Shown here one piece after another: positions 19,263 through 20,000 of a DNA stretch of 20,000 bases (the stretch's first letter is position 1; every line of letters starts with the position of its first letter). The notes beneath the pieces were generated by a model. The model was given only the letters and a program-made list of their open reading frames with translations. It was not told where the DNA came from and did not search any database. This stretch comes from Catajapyx aquilonaris (taxonomy: Eukaryota). Made by a program: the position numbers and the translations under genes. The stretch spans positions 57,398-77,397 of the forward strand of contig KZ538369.1 in NCBI GenBank assembly GCA_000934665.2. The letters run 5' to 3'.

Positions 19263-20000
19263 GTTGGAGGTAATGAAAATCCGGATTCCGTCATTGCTAT
19301 TGATATGAATCAAGGACAGGGGAGTGGAAGAGTTGCGAACAATGTAAATGGGAAATATAAGCCGAGGGGGGGGAAACCTCGTTTCTCAGTCTCAAAATGC
19401 CACCTTCCTCGAATATAAAGATGCGGTTTTGGTTTCAGCAAGTTAGACCTGTCAGAAATTTGCCAAATCCTACTTTTTTACAAAAATGCAATTCTAAGTA
19501 CAACTAAAAATACAAGCTGATATACCGGTACGTTAGTTGCCTCAGTTGAACTGTTTATTTTCGAAGAAAAGAAAAACTTGCTAAAAAAAGTCTCGATTGG
19601 ATTCCTCCTAAGTGGCTGTCAAGTCCAGAATGTTCTGAATTTCTCTGCTATTTTCTTCCTTCTTCCTTTGGGAAACTCCCAGACCGAGAATTGCGGTTGA
19701 AAATCAGACTCCCTTCCTTAATTGCCCCCTCAAGTAATGGTCAGACACACACACAAAAAATAGGAAATTAAGAAGAGTTGTTTACGACAGGCTTTCTAAG
19801 CTTGTAAATTTACAAGCCAGTACTTCCCCACGTTTAAACAAAGGTAGCTGTACATACCAGCCGTTTATATGCCTGCCTACAGTGTGTGTATATGTATAGG
19901 TATCAAGCCTGTGTTATTAAGCAACCTTATGTTCACCCATCCCACATTTTCTTCACCCAATCCGCCACACCGGATTGTGAAAAGCGACAGCACAGTGAAT

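Noticed and set aside
19688..19708. Resemblance to the reverse complement of miR-219 (also AGAATTGCGTT near 880)
   Set aside because: Mismatches fall in the seed region and there is no complementary arm to form a precursor.
1..20000. CRISPR array, prokaryotic operon, homeobox exon, or polycistronic tarsal-less/pri (LDPTGxY) small ORFs
   Set aside because: I saw no regularly spaced repeats, no dense gene packing, no homeodomain translation and no LDPTG motif.

Overview
Eukaryotic, most likely invertebrate animal, non-coding DNA. It is roughly 40-45% GC by eye, with abundant CpG, microsatellites and spliceosomal-type signals, and no prokaryotic gene layout. I recognise none of the supplied ORFs as a known protein and found no rRNA, intact tRNA, CRISPR array or conserved miRNA. 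The two best-supported features are mobile elements. One is an apparently full-length tRNA-derived SINE on the minus strand (about 12941-13286). The other is a 163-bp TA-flanked foldback MITE of Tc1/mariner (pogo-like) type (17879-18041). The remainder alternates GC-richer, motif-dense blocks with AT-rich spacers, as expected for a large intron or intergenic regulatory region. It carries three perfect CRE palindromes, three CArG boxes, a CNC-Maf site, a Rel/NF-kB-like cluster, a homeodomain-site cluster, several G-quadruplex motifs, and a few candidate plus-strand exons or small ORFs. I cannot support a claim of a novel biological system. The findings are leads, mostly of low to moderate weight.
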